Assembly (NCBI GenBank): GCA_963727895.1
Contig: CAVSHT010000004.1
Location: 416,001-480,000 of the forward strand
DNA: 64,000 nucleotides
Source: an uncultured Methanosarcinaceae archaeon
GTDB taxonomy: Archaea > Halobacteriota > Methanosarcinia > Methanosarcinales > Methanosarcinaceae
Reading direction: 5' to 3'
Positions 34,728-45,503 of this stretch are shown piece after piece. A program made the translations under genes and the position numbers. The notes below the pieces were generated by a model. It searched no databases. It saw only the letters and a list, made by a program, of their open reading frames with translations, and was not told the DNA's origin. Each line of letters starts with the position of its first letter. Within the stretch, counting starts at the first letter, position 1.

Positions 34728-36280
34728 ATCCTGAGGATAAGATTGAGTATTTGAAATTAGAAGCTTCAAAGCACAGGTTTGAAGGATACTTTAATCTTGC
34801 TCGGAAATTAAAAAACACTAAAATTGTTGAGAGGATTAGTGACGATATTCTCTTCCTGCTTACATATATGGCAGCAATCTCAACAGCAGATATTCAAAGA
34901 GACCGAATCTTTGATTATGCAGGATTACAAAAAGAGTACGAAGCTTCAAAATATTTTAAACAAATTCATATACTGGCTTCAAAATGGGGATATGCATATG
35001 CAAAAGCCTGTAAATATATATCTCAGAGACTTAAGGATGAAAATCTGTCAAAATTCTTTGGGCGAATGTCAAATATTCTTTCATCTGGAGAACCGGAAAA
35101 AAACTTTCTGAAACAGGAAAAACTAACAAGGGAAGAAATTTATTCTGACGAATATGAAAGAAGTATCGAATCTCTGAAAAAATGGACTGATGGGTAATAC
35201 TGCCCTTATGGTATCCGTCACCCTTGTTGTTACGATAATTCTTGTTTCAGTTATGATCTACAATATAGAGAATATAGAAACTATTGCTTCTCCTTATCTG
35301 TATTATTAACCGTTTTTATATGTGGGATTGCTCTTTTCATTATATACAAGGCAGCTCCTGCTAAAAAGAAAATTCATACACTGAGCAGACGATCAAAAGA
35401 ACAGAAAAAAATAAGGTTCTTGAGCCGAATTTTGCTTCCAATGGGTGCGATTTCAGTCACTGCTTTAATTCTGATGGGAGAAAAGCTACAGTTTATCTTG
35501 CTTGCAGTTACTCTCTTTACACTTCCAATCGGCTTCTTTGCTATGGTAGACGACAAAAATATTGATGAAAGAGACAATAGCTTTCCTGCATTTATAAAGA
35601 CTCTGGGTACTCTTGCGGGTACAACAGGAATTACTGTCAGAAGTTCAATGGAAAATCTTGATATGGAGACTTTAGGCTGTCTCAGGCCTGGAGTTGAAGA
35701 ACTACATGCAGGTCTTTCGATGGGATTTAAGTCGAAGCTTTGCTGGGAAAAATTTATCGGAGAAACAGGTTCTGAACTGATAAACAGGTGTTCAAGAATC
35801 TTTACAGACGCAGTAGAACTTGGAGGAGATCCTGCCGAAATAGAAGATATAGTCTCAGCTTCAAGCCTCGCAATTGTTCTTCTCAGGATGAAACGAAAAT
35901 TTGTCAGTTCCGGTTTTCGTGGCCTTGCCATAATTCTCCATGCTGTTATGATTGGGCTTCTGATATTTATCATGGAAATAATTGCTAAATTTAGCGGGCT
36001 TGTTTCTGAAATGAGTGAATCTTATAATTCTACGCAGGGAGGCGCTTCAGGAATTGGAATGAGCATGTTCAACGTTGCTGAAAGTGTACCCCTACTGTAT
36101 AAATTTACCTTTTCAGTAATAATTATCCTCACAATTTGAAACACTCTCGTGGTAAAGATTGTAGAAGGTGGAGGAAATTGGAAACTTTTATTTTATGGAG
36201 GATTAACGTCAGGACTTTCTGCACTTTGCATAATACTTATACCACCCGTAGTGGCAAAAGTATTTACATTTCAAACTTGA
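34724..36280 (+). pseudogene. flaJ: Archaellum membrane platform FlaJ, broken
   Basis: LTYMAAIS, LKKWTD, F..F.KTLG and ELGGDP motifs; internal stops at about 35195 and 36137 plus frameshifts. Confidence 0.88.
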
Positions 36281-36299
36281 AAAAAGTTAAACTGAAATA

Positions 36300-37115
36300 A
36301 TGAGTTATATTTCCTGTATATATAAGAACAGAAAAGGTTTGTGGGGCAGTAAGATGAATTTACTGAAAAATCTAAAGATTAATGGATCAAAAAATCTAGA
36401 AGGGATCGGATTAAAAAATCTGATAATTGATAGATTAAAGAATATGATACATAAACTACGACATTCTAAAGATACGGACATTAAGAATTTGACAAAAAAC
36501 AGAGATGAGATTCAAGAAAAGATAAAAAACTTGGTTAGAGAGAAAAAAGAAATTGAATCCAGGATTGTTCAGCTCCAGAATACAGAAGAAGAAAAAGCCG
36601 AAAAAATATCTGAGTCCAGGCTGCAAGAGAAAAAAAGAGAAGAGAGAACTGATAATTTAGAGGAATTGAAAAAAACAGGTGAGGAAGAAAAGAGAGAAAA
36701 CATAGGGGCTATAGATAACATAGGGACAAAAGATGAAGTGATAGAGGCAAAACCTGATAGTAGAAATAATGCCGTAGAAAGCAGTGGAACAGTAGATCTT
36801 GATAACAGTGCCAGCAAAGTTGGAAAAGTTGTTATTTCTATAGAGGAAGAAAATACAAAAGATGAAGAAAAAATAAAAATTGCGAACTCAATCTTACAGG
36901 AAAATAGAGAGAACAGTACACCTGAAAAGATTAAAACTGAAAATGAAAAATTTCAGTCTAACACATTTAGAAATAGCCTTATTGAAGAGCTAATGGAAAG
37001 CGAGGATTTGTATCAGGAAGAAGAACCAAATTTTATGAAGTATATAGAAGAATCAAGCGTTACAGAGATAGTTGCAAATTTAAAAGAAGTTAAAAAACTC
37101 CTTGCCCAAACATAA
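36300..37115 (+). CDS. Hypothetical charged coiled-coil protein at the end of the archaellum cluster
   Basis: 271-aa E/K-rich ORF; true start may be ATG 36354. Confidence 0.6.
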   Translation: MSYISCIYKNRKGLWGSKMNLLKNLKINGSKNLEGIGLKNLIIDRLKNMIHKLRHSKDTDIKNLTKNRDEIQEKIKNLVREKKEIESRIVQLQNTEEEKAEKISESRLQEKKREERTDNLEELKKTGEEEKRENIGAIDNIGTKDEVIEAKPDSRNNAVESSGTVDLDNSASKVGKVVISIEEENTKDEEKIKIANSILQENRENSTPEKIKTENEKFQSNTFRNSLIEELMESEDLYQEEEPNFMKYIEESSVTEIVANLKEVKKLLAQT

Positions 37116-37270
37116 CTTTAGAAATGTAATTCACAAACAAATAACTTTAGAAAAATAGCTCACAAAAAGAAAATGTAATGATTGTAAAAATCCAACTCAC
37201 AAAAAAGAAAAAGTAATGATTGTAAAATCCAAAGTAGAAATAGAAAAAATCAGGTTTTAAGTTTTAGCTT

Positions 37271-37486
37271 TCACTTATGGAAAAGTCCTTCTTTTGCCTT
37301 AGAAAGATACTCATTTGATTCCTCTACTTTACTGGCAGCTTCTAAGATATCCTCTGCAGCTTCAAGAAAACCATCTTTTTTGGCTTTTTCAGCCCATTCC
37401 TTGAAACTCTTTATGTGACTGTCGTTGTGCTCGATCCAGTGCTCAATCAAATGTGAAAGGTTTTCGTGACTGAGTTCTTCAGTAAT
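37271..37486 (-). CDS. Small His-motif helical protein (HWIEHNxSH), probably metal-binding; ATT start
   Basis: 71-codon frame ITEELSHENLSHLIEHWIEHNDSHIKSFKEWAEK...GLFHK after SD GGAGGG; absent from the ORF track. Confidence 0.65.
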   Translation of the reverse strand: MTEELSHENLSHLIEHWIEHNDSHIKSFKEWAEKAKKDGFLEAAEDILEAASKVEESNEYLSKAKEGLFHK

Positions 37487-37732
37487 AATTGTCCCTCCTA
37501 TTCAAATATATGAGATTCATTGTATAAATGACCGCTGGCTATAATTAAAACTTTTGTAAGGATACAAGAAAAATATAGAAAATACAGAAAAAGGAGAATA
37601 TATTGAAAGCCTGGAGAATAATAAAAGTTAAATGAACAGATCAATTTGAAATTTAGAGGGAAAAAGACCAGTTTTCAAACGATGTTGCCCAAATGCTAAC
37701 ATTAAAAACTAATCGGCTTTCAGTTCTCAGCT

Positions 37733-38974
37733 TCAAATTGTCCTTGGATCAGTGATTTCACCTGACAGTGCCGAAGCTGCTGCGGTTGCAGGAGATGCAA
37801 GGTAGATAAAACCACCTTTTCCCATTCTGCCCTTAAAGTTTCGGTTTGCAGTTGAAACACAAACTTCTCCTTCCCCAATCACTCCCTGATGGGCTCCAAG
37901 GCAAGGGCCGCAGCCAGGAGTTGCAAGAGTTACGCCTGCTTTGAGCAAAGTTTCCATTGTTCCATTCTCAATTGCTGAAAGAAGAGTCGTGCGAGATGCT
38001 GGAATTACGATAGTCCTGACAGAAACTTTTTTTCCTTTAAGAATTGATGCTGCAACCTCAAGGTCTTCAAGTCTTCCATTCGTACATGTCCCTATAAAAA
38101 CCTGGTCTACGGGAGTACCTGCAACCTCTCCTACAGGTTTTACGTTGTCTACCTGATGCGGACAGGCTACCTGAGGTTCGATATCGTCGGCTGAATAAGT
38201 TAATTCTTTTGCATAGACTGCATCTTTATCGGCATAAACCGACTCATAAGGAGCAGCTGCCCTATTCTTCAGAAAATCAAAGGTCTTTTCGTCCGGTGGG
38301 ACAATTCCGGTTTTTGCTCCCATTTCTATTGCCATATTGCAGAGAGTCATTCTGCCTGAAACCGATAGTTCGGAGATAGCCTGTCCATAAAATTCTACAG
38401 CTTTATAAGTGGCACCGTCAATTCCAGTCTTCCCGATCAGGTAAAGAGTAAGGTCTTTTGCATAAACCCCATTCCCAAGACTTCCTTCAACAGTGAACCT
38501 TAAACTCTCAGGAACCTTAAACCAGAGCTTACCTGTAGCAAAAATCTCAGCCATGTCCGTAGCTCCTACGCCTGTGGCAAAAGCTCCAAAAGCCCCATAG
38601 GTGCAGGAATGTGAATCTGCTCCCACAACCAATTTTCCAGGTAAAGCAAATCCATTTTCAGGAAGTACCTGGTGACAGATTCCTTCTCCAAGCTCATAAA
38701 AGTTAGGAATCCCCTGCTCCTTTACCCATTCCCTTATTTCTTTTTGCAAGGTAGCTGAAGTCTCATTATTTGCAGGTGCGATGTGGTCAAACGGGATTAT
38801 GATCCTTGAAGGGTCCCAGACTTTTTTCATCTCCATTTCTTCAAAAGCATTAACTGTAAGTACTGAGGTACCGTCATGTGCCATTGCATAATCAATATCT
38901 GCCAGGACAAAATCATTTGCCTTCGCATCTGCTCCCGCTGCTCGAGATAAAATCTTTTCGCTAATTGTTCCCAA
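37733..38974 (-). CDS. leuC: 3-isopropylmalate dehydratase/homoaconitase large subunit
   Basis: [35 protein letters not shown] and NRNFKGRMG motifs; could be hacA. Confidence 0.88.
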   Translation of the reverse strand: MGTISEKILSRAAGADAKANDFVLADIDYAMAHDGTSVLTVNAFEEMEMKKVWDPSRIIIPFDHIAPANNETSATLQKEIREWVKEQGIPNFYELGEGICHQVLPENGFALPGKLVVGADSHSCTYGAFGAFATGVGATDMAEIFATGKLWFKVPESLRFTVEGSLGNGVYAKDLTLYLIGKTGIDGATYKAVEFYGQAISELSVSGRMTLCNMAIEMGAKTGIVPPDEKTFDFLKNRAAAPYESVYADKDAVYAKELTYSADDIEPQVACPHQVDNVKPVGEVAGTPVDQVFIGTCTNGRLEDLEVAASILKGKKVSVRTIVIPASRTTLLSAIENGTMETLLKAGVTLATPGCGPCLGAHQGVIGEGEVCVSTANRNFKGRMGKGGFIYLASPATAAASALSGEITDPRTI

Positions 38975-39378
38975 AAGTAAGTCTCCTGTCTAATAATCAA
39001 TAATAATGAAGTATGAGAAATTCAGATTTCGGAATTCAATATTAAATTGTTGCATATGTATGACAATATTAAAGAATTAGGAATCCGAATATACAAATCG
39101 AAATTATACTAACAAAAAAACCTATATTTATTTTCTCCATTTTTTTAGATAATTCATTTAAGTTTCTTTCAGAAAATTCACATTTTTGAACTGAGCGAAT
39201 ATTATGTCGTATTAAGTATTCATTTTAAATCCATCGTATTAAGTACTTATTTTAACCCATCATCTCAGATATTCATTTTGAATTTATTGTATCAAATATT
39301 CACTCTTAACCTTTTGAAACTGATTAGATAGATCTTTTACAAAGCGAAATAAACACTACATTTTATATAATTATATAT

Positions 39379-39508
39379 GAGCTCATCCCAAAAGTAGTTT
39401 TTATTCAACATCTCCAATAATTTCAAAACCATTTTCCGCATCATAAGGTTTATTGATTATTTCAAATTCCAGATATGGTGACATAACTCTAAGTTTTGGG
39501 ATAGGCTC
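39379..39508. mobile_element. About 130-bp MITE, same family as 10079-10209
   Basis: GAGCTCATCCCAAAA ... TTTTGGGATAGGCTC; TAT on both flanks. Confidence 0.7.
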
Positions 39509-39513
39509 TATAA

Positions 39514-41403
39514 TTAATCGTAGCGATGAGACAATGCATGACCGTCATTTTCTACCACAGTGAACCTAATAATGAATTTTGTCCCATTGTCTTTTTTCAG
39601 CTCAAGTTCTCCATCTAACTGGTCGACAAGAAAAGTTACAAGCTGAAGTCCAAGACTATCAAGTTCTTTGAGATCAAGGTCTTTAGAAATTCCCACACCA
39701 TTATCGGAAATGGTCAATGAATAATGCGTATATTTATAGTCTTCACTTTTTCTTTTATCAATACTGTTTTTATATTTTACATTTTCATCTTTATGGAGCT
39801 TGATTTGGATTTCTCCGTCATCAGTATCTGGAAACGCATATTTAAAAGAATTGGAAACGAGCTCATTTATAATAATTCCTAAAGGAACTGCTATGTCCAT
39901 ATCGAGTAATATATTTTCTTCCAGATCCATATTTAACCTGACATTAGCATTACCGACCTTGTAAGTCAAGAAAAGAGCATTAGCAAGTTCCTTAATATAC
40001 AGCGAAAAATTAATTTTATCGAACTTTTTGCCTTTATATAATTCCTCATGAATAAGAGCCATTGATATTACGCGGTCCTGACTTTCTCTGAAGGCTTCCA
40101 GGACTTCCGATTCATTGATATTTTTTCTGTTTCTGAACTTTTCAGCTTGAAGGTCTAATAGTGATGAGATTACCTGAAGATTATTCTTTATTCTATGATG
40201 AAGTTCCTTTTTACGAACAGTTTCAATATTAATAAGAGCTTCTTCAGCCTCTTTTCGCGGGGTTATGTCACTATGAAGATTCAGAGTTCCCAAAAAATTA
40301 CCATCCTTATCAAAAAGAGATTTGGAATTTGTATGCGTCCATAGAGGAGACCCATCTTTACGTATAAATTTAAGTTCAAGGCTTTCATTAATATTTTTTC
40401 CCTTTTTGCTAAAAATAGATTTAATAATAGCTTTACTTTCCTCACTGAGAAAATCCCACATTGGTCTTCCAAGTAGTTCTTCTGAACTGTAACCAAACAT
40501 ATCTTCAATCTGATTATTAAAGAAAGTAATTCTTTCTTCAGCATCAATTATGCTTATACCTTCGTTTGCGGTCTCTACAATGTTTCGGTACCTTTCTTCA
40601 CTTTCTTGAAGTCTTTCCTCTGCCTTTTTTTGGTCGGTAACATCAATGTCCATCTCGAGAATCATGGAGGAACCGTCAACATCAGTAAACGGTAAATTAT
40701 AGGCATCATAAACGCTTCCGTCCGGACCGCTTACTTCCCAGTGATGAGGTTGACCGGTTTCAAGTACTTTATGTGATTCGCAGAATTCACACGGCTGGGT
40801 AAATCCAAAATAATATTCATAACAATGACGACCACCAGGATCTCCAAATTTTTTACGGAATCTACGGTTGGCAAAGGCGATATGATAGTCAGGTGTTAAT
40901 AGAATTATCATTGCCGGGAGCGTATCCATAACATTATATAGACGTTGACGTTCATTTATTGTTTCCTGGTTACGTTTCTCCAATTCATTACTCGTTCTTT
41001 TAAGCTCTTCTTCAGCCTTTTTGCGCTTATTAATCACAATCGCCTTATAGTTACTTATATCAAATCCATAAATATCGACGCATCCTTCGTCCAGTAAAGG
41101 ATAAAAAGTTATCAGATATACCTTATTTCCAACTCCAATTTCTTTTTTTTCAGGAATATTTCGATAAATTGTTTTTGACACTAAATCCTGGATAGAAGAA
41201 GGAAATTTTTCCCCTACTCTCGTGCCCCACTCCTGCAATAAAGGTTCACCTGCCTCGTTTGAGTAAAGAACAGTACTTTCCTTATCGGCACTAAGTACAG
41301 GATTCGGATTATTTACTAGAAATTTTTCAATTTCTGATTTCATGCTCCCCTTCATACTCCACTTTGTGACAGCAATATGATTACTGTCTAGATTCATTAA
41401 CAT
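39514..41403 (-). CDS. PAS-domain sensor histidine kinase (HisKA_2 type)
   Basis: PAS repeats; ELHHRIKNNLQ, NELVSNSFKYAF, DNGVG and SLGL motifs. Confidence 0.92.
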   Translation of the reverse strand: MLMNLDSNHIAVTKWSMKGSMKSEIEKFLVNNPNPVLSADKESTVLYSNEAGEPLLQEWGTRVGEKFPSSIQDLVSKTIYRNIPEKKEIGVGNKVYLITFYPLLDEGCVDIYGFDISNYKAIVINKRKKAEEELKRTSNELEKRNQETINERQRLYNVMDTLPAMIILLTPDYHIAFANRRFRKKFGDPGGRHCYEYYFGFTQPCEFCESHKVLETGQPHHWEVSGPDGSVYDAYNLPFTDVDGSSMILEMDIDVTDQKKAEERLQESEERYRNIVETANEGISIIDAEERITFFNNQIEDMFGYSSEELLGRPMWDFLSEESKAIIKSIFSKKGKNINESLELKFIRKDGSPLWTHTNSKSLFDKDGNFLGTLNLHSDITPRKEAEEALINIETVRKKELHHRIKNNLQVISSLLDLQAEKFRNRKNINESEVLEAFRESQDRVISMALIHEELYKGKKFDKINFSLYIKELANALFLTYKVGNANVRLNMDLEENILLDMDIAVPLGIIINELVSNSFKYAFPDTDDGEIQIKLHKDENVKYKNSIDKRKSEDYKYTHYSLTISDNGVGISKDLDLKELDSLGLQLVTFLVDQLDGELELKKDNGTKFIIRFTVVENDGHALSHRYD

Positions 41404-41655
41404 TAAGTGTTTGCTACAACTATATAAATATATAATATTGTTTAGATATAATCCATTTAACTTGACTTTGCATCCAGATAATGTTTATAAAAATAACTCT
41501 TTAAAATGTGATTATTTAAAATATTATTTTTTTGTCTGTGAGATAATGAAAAGGTAGTAAAAGCAACTTTCATAAATTAAGAATTATTAAATCCAAATTT
41601 TGTTACTCATTTAATATGTAATAAAAAACAGAGGAAAGTAATAAGATATAAGTCT

Positions 41656-42147
41656 TTATGTATATTCGTTGTAAGCTACTATTTCTTCAAGAGATTTCCT
41701 TGATCTGGCAGCGGGAGATTCAGCTGGAATTCCGACAGTAAGTAAAGCGACCACTTTTTTGTCCTGCGAAATCTTGAGCAGTTTTTTGACATCATCTTCG
41801 TTGAAAGCACCAATCCAGCAGGTGCCCAGTCCTAGCTCAACAGCTTCCAGAACGATATGTTCAAGAGCAATAGAAAGGTCGACCTGATGCCATTTTTGGG
41901 CAGGATCTCCAATGCCTGCGATGACGTGAGAGGCCGTGCCTACGAATGCCTGATTATTGCAAGCAGTAACAAGCTGTTTTTTTACTTCTTCATCTTCAAC
42001 AACAATGAATTTCCAGTTCTGCCTGTTTGCTGCCGATGGTGCAAGCCTTGCAACCTCCAGTAATTTCTCTAGCTTGTCCTTTGATATGCGTTCGTCTTTG
42101 TAAGCCCTTATGCTTCTTCTGTCTTTGATTATATCAAATACACCCAT
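41656..42147 (-). CDS. Nitroreductase family protein
   Basis: RRSIRAY, APSAANRQ.W and GLGTCWIG motifs. Confidence 0.93.
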   Translation of the reverse strand: MGVFDIIKDRRSIRAYKDERISKDKLEKLLEVARLAPSAANRQNWKFIVVEDEEVKKQLVTACNNQAFVGTASHVIAGIGDPAQKWHQVDLSIALEHIVLEAVELGLGTCWIGAFNEDDVKKLLKISQDKKVVALLTVGIPAESPAARSRKSLEEIVAYNEYT

Positions 42148-42597
42148 ATTAGATTCACCTGCGATTATAAGAGAATTAGCTATTTCTAGAATATCACTTA
42201 ATCCTATAGAAATATAATACTATAGATATCTGCAATATACGATTTGCGAATTCTCTGAAAATATCAATGGAATAGTAAATGGAAATATTGTTCCAAGTGT
42301 TATAGAAACATGATCTGTTCCCAACATACAAAAAATATATGCACCCCCCTACTTAAATTTAGTTAGATTGTATTTAGAAAACTCTCAAATGAATATTCTG
42401 AGATAAAAAAATCCTCAGTGAATTCAGAATGAAATTTTCATTCTTCAAGCGAAGTTTTAAGCCTACTCACGACTCATATTTACTGCAGTTTAAAGATGTG
42501 ATTAAGCTCTATTCCTAGCAGTACTTTAGGATCAAGCAGCTTGATCATTCAAGATTACAAGGAAAGAGAGAGAAATAAGTGGTAGAAGGGATTTGAT

Positions 42598-43017
42598 ATG
42601 ACATCAAAATTGATGGACTACTTTAACAAGCAACCGAGAATTGGAGTTCTCAGCACATCGAGTAAAGACGGAAAAGTAGATTCGGCTGTTTTCGGCTCAC
42701 CTCAGATGACCGATGAAAAGACCGTTGTAGTTGCAACAGGTAAGAACCGTACATTCTCAAATCTTCAGGAAAACCCTTATGCAATGTTCCTGATTATGGA
42801 ACCAGGAGCAGATATTATGGCATGGAAAGGGATCAGGGTTTATCTAAAACTGAAAGAACTTGCAACTTCCGGAGAGATGCTTGATATGATCAAAAGTCAG
42901 ATCGCAAAAATGGCCGGTGAGGAAGCGGTAAAGATGATATATGCAACTGCCACCTTCGAGATTATTGAGCTGAGACCTCTCGTTGATATGGGACAGGACT
43001 GGGAGAAATCGATATAA
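42598..43017 (+). CDS. Pyridoxamine 5'-phosphate oxidase-like FMN-binding protein
   Basis: LSTSSKDG.V, RT..NL.ENP and G.RVYL split-barrel motifs. Confidence 0.8.
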   Translation: MTSKLMDYFNKQPRIGVLSTSSKDGKVDSAVFGSPQMTDEKTVVVATGKNRTFSNLQENPYAMFLIMEPGADIMAWKGIRVYLKLKELATSGEMLDMIKSQIAKMAGEEAVKMIYATATFEIIELRPLVDMGQDWEKSI

Positions 43018-43069
43018 GTGTTAAAAGTTTAAATTTTTAAAGTTATGGGAAAATTAAAATAAAAAATCA

Positions 43070-43808
43070 GGAATTGATACTTAAACATAGTTATATATTA
43101 TTAGAAAGTATATTTCTGCATGAACTGTCCAAAATGTAATAGTTCCAGTCACAAAAAGAATGGTATAGTTGGCGGACGTCAACGGTACAAATGCTCTGAT
43201 TGTGGCTATAACTATACAGTAGAGCTAAAATCAACTGCTTTTTCCGCTTCTGTAAAAAGACAGGCTTTACAACTCTATCTTGAAGGATTAGGCTTTCGCT
43301 CAATAGGAAGATTTTAGGGGTGAGTCATGTTTCTGTCCAAAAACGGATCAAGAAATTTGGTCAAGAGTGAGAGAATCTAAAAAGTGAAAGTGAGATATCT
43401 ATTGTTGAAATGGATGAGATGCACACTTACATCGGTAACAAAAAAAATATTGCTGGATCTGGATTGCTGTTGATAGAGTTGGGAAAAAGTTCATCAACTG
43501 CTCTTTTGGTAGCAGAGGAACGGAAACTGGAAAACTACTCTGAAAAAAATTGAAGAAAAAAGAGATTGGAGAAGTGATGACCGATCACTGGAGGGCATAT
43601 GCAGAGTTTATTTCAGAAAAGATCCATACTCAATCCAAAGCAGAAACGTATACTGTTGAAGGATATAACAGCATATTGAGGCACTTTTTGGCAAGGTTGA
43701 GAAGAAAGACAAAGTGTTATAAAAAAAGTCTTGAAATGCTAAAGTACTCGGTTATTCTATTGATGAAATACAGAAATAAAGAACTAGATATATTTAAGTA
43801 ACAATACC
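43070..43808 (+). mobile_element. IS1-family element, inactivated
   Basis: 8-bp TSD AAAAATCA; frameshift and stops in the transposase. Confidence 0.93.
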
Positions 43809-43894
43809 AAAAATCAAAATAGAAAATTAGAATTAAAAAGATCAAAATAAAGAAGAAAACCGGCTAAAACTATAGAATGGGATAAACTCAGATT

Positions 43895-44854
43895 TCATAT
43901 TATCCCATTCTTTTCCAGAAACCCTTCAAGTGGCACCGAGTGGGTCTGGAAGCCGCAGACTTTGTAGGGATCAGCGCCCATTGAAAGGGCTACGAACTGG
44001 GCAATATTCATGTGCACCATATCATATTTTACACCAAAATCTTTTTCGATAACCGGCTGGTAGCGATCATACTGGATCTGGCAGTTCGGGCACATATGGA
44101 GCATAAGTTTCACACCTGCTCTTTGAAGGCTGTCGAGTTTAGTCTTAGTCACCTGAAATGAGGTATCTTTGTTAAGATGAAGCTGGGAAAAACCCATTCC
44201 ACATGTAAGAGTTCGGTCCTCGTACCAGCGAACAGGATCAGCTCCGCAGGCTGCAGCTATATTATCTATTAACTGGGGATTTTCAGGGTTTCCGAGGACA
44301 TCGAGATACTTAGCCTTATAGTAATGGCAGGCGTGATGAGATGCCGTCTTGATTCCTGAAAAATCGAATTTTTTCAGTTCCTGAATCTTATCGACCTTGC
44401 TTAAGAGAATCTCTACCGCATGATAGAAGTTTGTTCTCGGATTCATATCATCTTTTTCGTAAACAAGGTTATCAAAGCCCTTTTCCCGAAAGATGGAATT
44501 GACTTTTTCCCGAACCTCGATATTGTTATTAAGGACATCACAGGCTTCTTTATTTATAGCATAACAGGTTGAGCAGAGGCAGGTTATATTGGGATAGCCG
44601 CATCTTTTTGCAATTGCAAAATTCCGAGCTGCAATAGCTGCGGTTGTCAGTCCTTCAAAGATATCAGTATAATGTCCTATTCCTGTACAGCAGGACTGCT
44701 CATCGTTTATATAGTAGTCAATTCCAAGCCTGTCATAGACATAACAAGTGGAGGTTTCCACTCCAGGGTACTCCTGTCCAACCATGCAACTTTTAAATAA
44801 TAAAAGCTGGCTGTCTGGAATATCTTCTATCGCTTTCAAAGCCGAACTCTCCAC
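43895..44854 (-). CDS. hdrB: Heterodisulfide reductase subunit B
   Basis: CCG domains SCCTG...CSTC and HHACH...TCG...CPNCQIQYDRYQ. Confidence 0.92.
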   Translation of the reverse strand: MESSALKAIEDIPDSQLLLFKSCMVGQEYPGVETSTCYVYDRLGIDYYINDEQSCCTGIGHYTDIFEGLTTAAIAARNFAIAKRCGYPNITCLCSTCYAINKEACDVLNNNIEVREKVNSIFREKGFDNLVYEKDDMNPRTNFYHAVEILLSKVDKIQELKKFDFSGIKTASHHACHYYKAKYLDVLGNPENPQLIDNIAAACGADPVRWYEDRTLTCGMGFSQLHLNKDTSFQVTKTKLDSLQRAGVKLMLHMCPNCQIQYDRYQPVIEKDFGVKYDMVHMNIAQFVALSMGADPYKVCGFQTHSVPLEGFLEKNGII

Positions 44855-45503
44855 TCTTATTTTCTTTCTTTATGCACTGGTTTTCCAGGAGCTGATGCAG
44901 AAGTTTTTCCTGTATTCTTGCCTTGAGCCATTTTTCTCTTTCAAAATAACCTGTGGCTTCAAGTATGGTCTGAACCTCTCCGTGTGTGTTTCTGATATCT
45001 TTGAAGCTCAGCCCCAGTTCATTACGAATTGACTCAAGGTTCTTTTTAAAATTGATCCAGCGATCTCCGAGGTCTCGTTCCATATTTTTAGCTCCAGGAC
45101 CAGATATCTTGCTGGCTCCGTTTTCTGCAAGATATTCTCCGATCTCAAGGAAATAAGCAAGCTTTTCAACCCCTATGCCTTCATTAACTGCCATCTGTCT
45201 AAGTACCTGTACAATTGTCACAGGGCTATTATTCCTAGGACAACGAACATTGCAAGAATAGCAGTAGAAGCAGGACCAAATCATCTCAGACTCAAGTACA
45301 CTGCGGTCATTTTCGAGCACTTTTTTCACAATCTGACGAGGGCTGTAATCTGTAAAGCGAGCTGCTGGACAGGAAGCCGTACAGGCTCCGCACTGAATGC
45401 AGCGGTCAAGCCCCAGAGAGGCAGGTGTCCGCATACTTTTCTTTGCGGTTTCTGCAAGGGTTTTACATTCCGGGGTATCGTATTCGTTTACATATGGAAT
45501 CAT
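44793..45503 (-). CDS. hdrC: Heterodisulfide reductase subunit C
   Basis: CIQCGACTASCP and CFYCYSCNVRCP 4Fe-4S motifs. Confidence 0.92.
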   Translation of the reverse strand: MIPYVNEYDTPECKTLAETAKKSMRTPASLGLDRCIQCGACTASCPAARFTDYSPRQIVKKVLENDRSVLESEMIWSCFYCYSCNVRCPRNNSPVTIVQVLRQMAVNEGIGVEKLAYFLEIGEYLAENGASKISGPGAKNMERDLGDRWINFKKNLESIRNELGLSFKDIRNTHGEVQTILEATGYFEREKWLKARIQEKLLHQLLENQCIKKENKSGEFGFESDRRYSRQPAFII

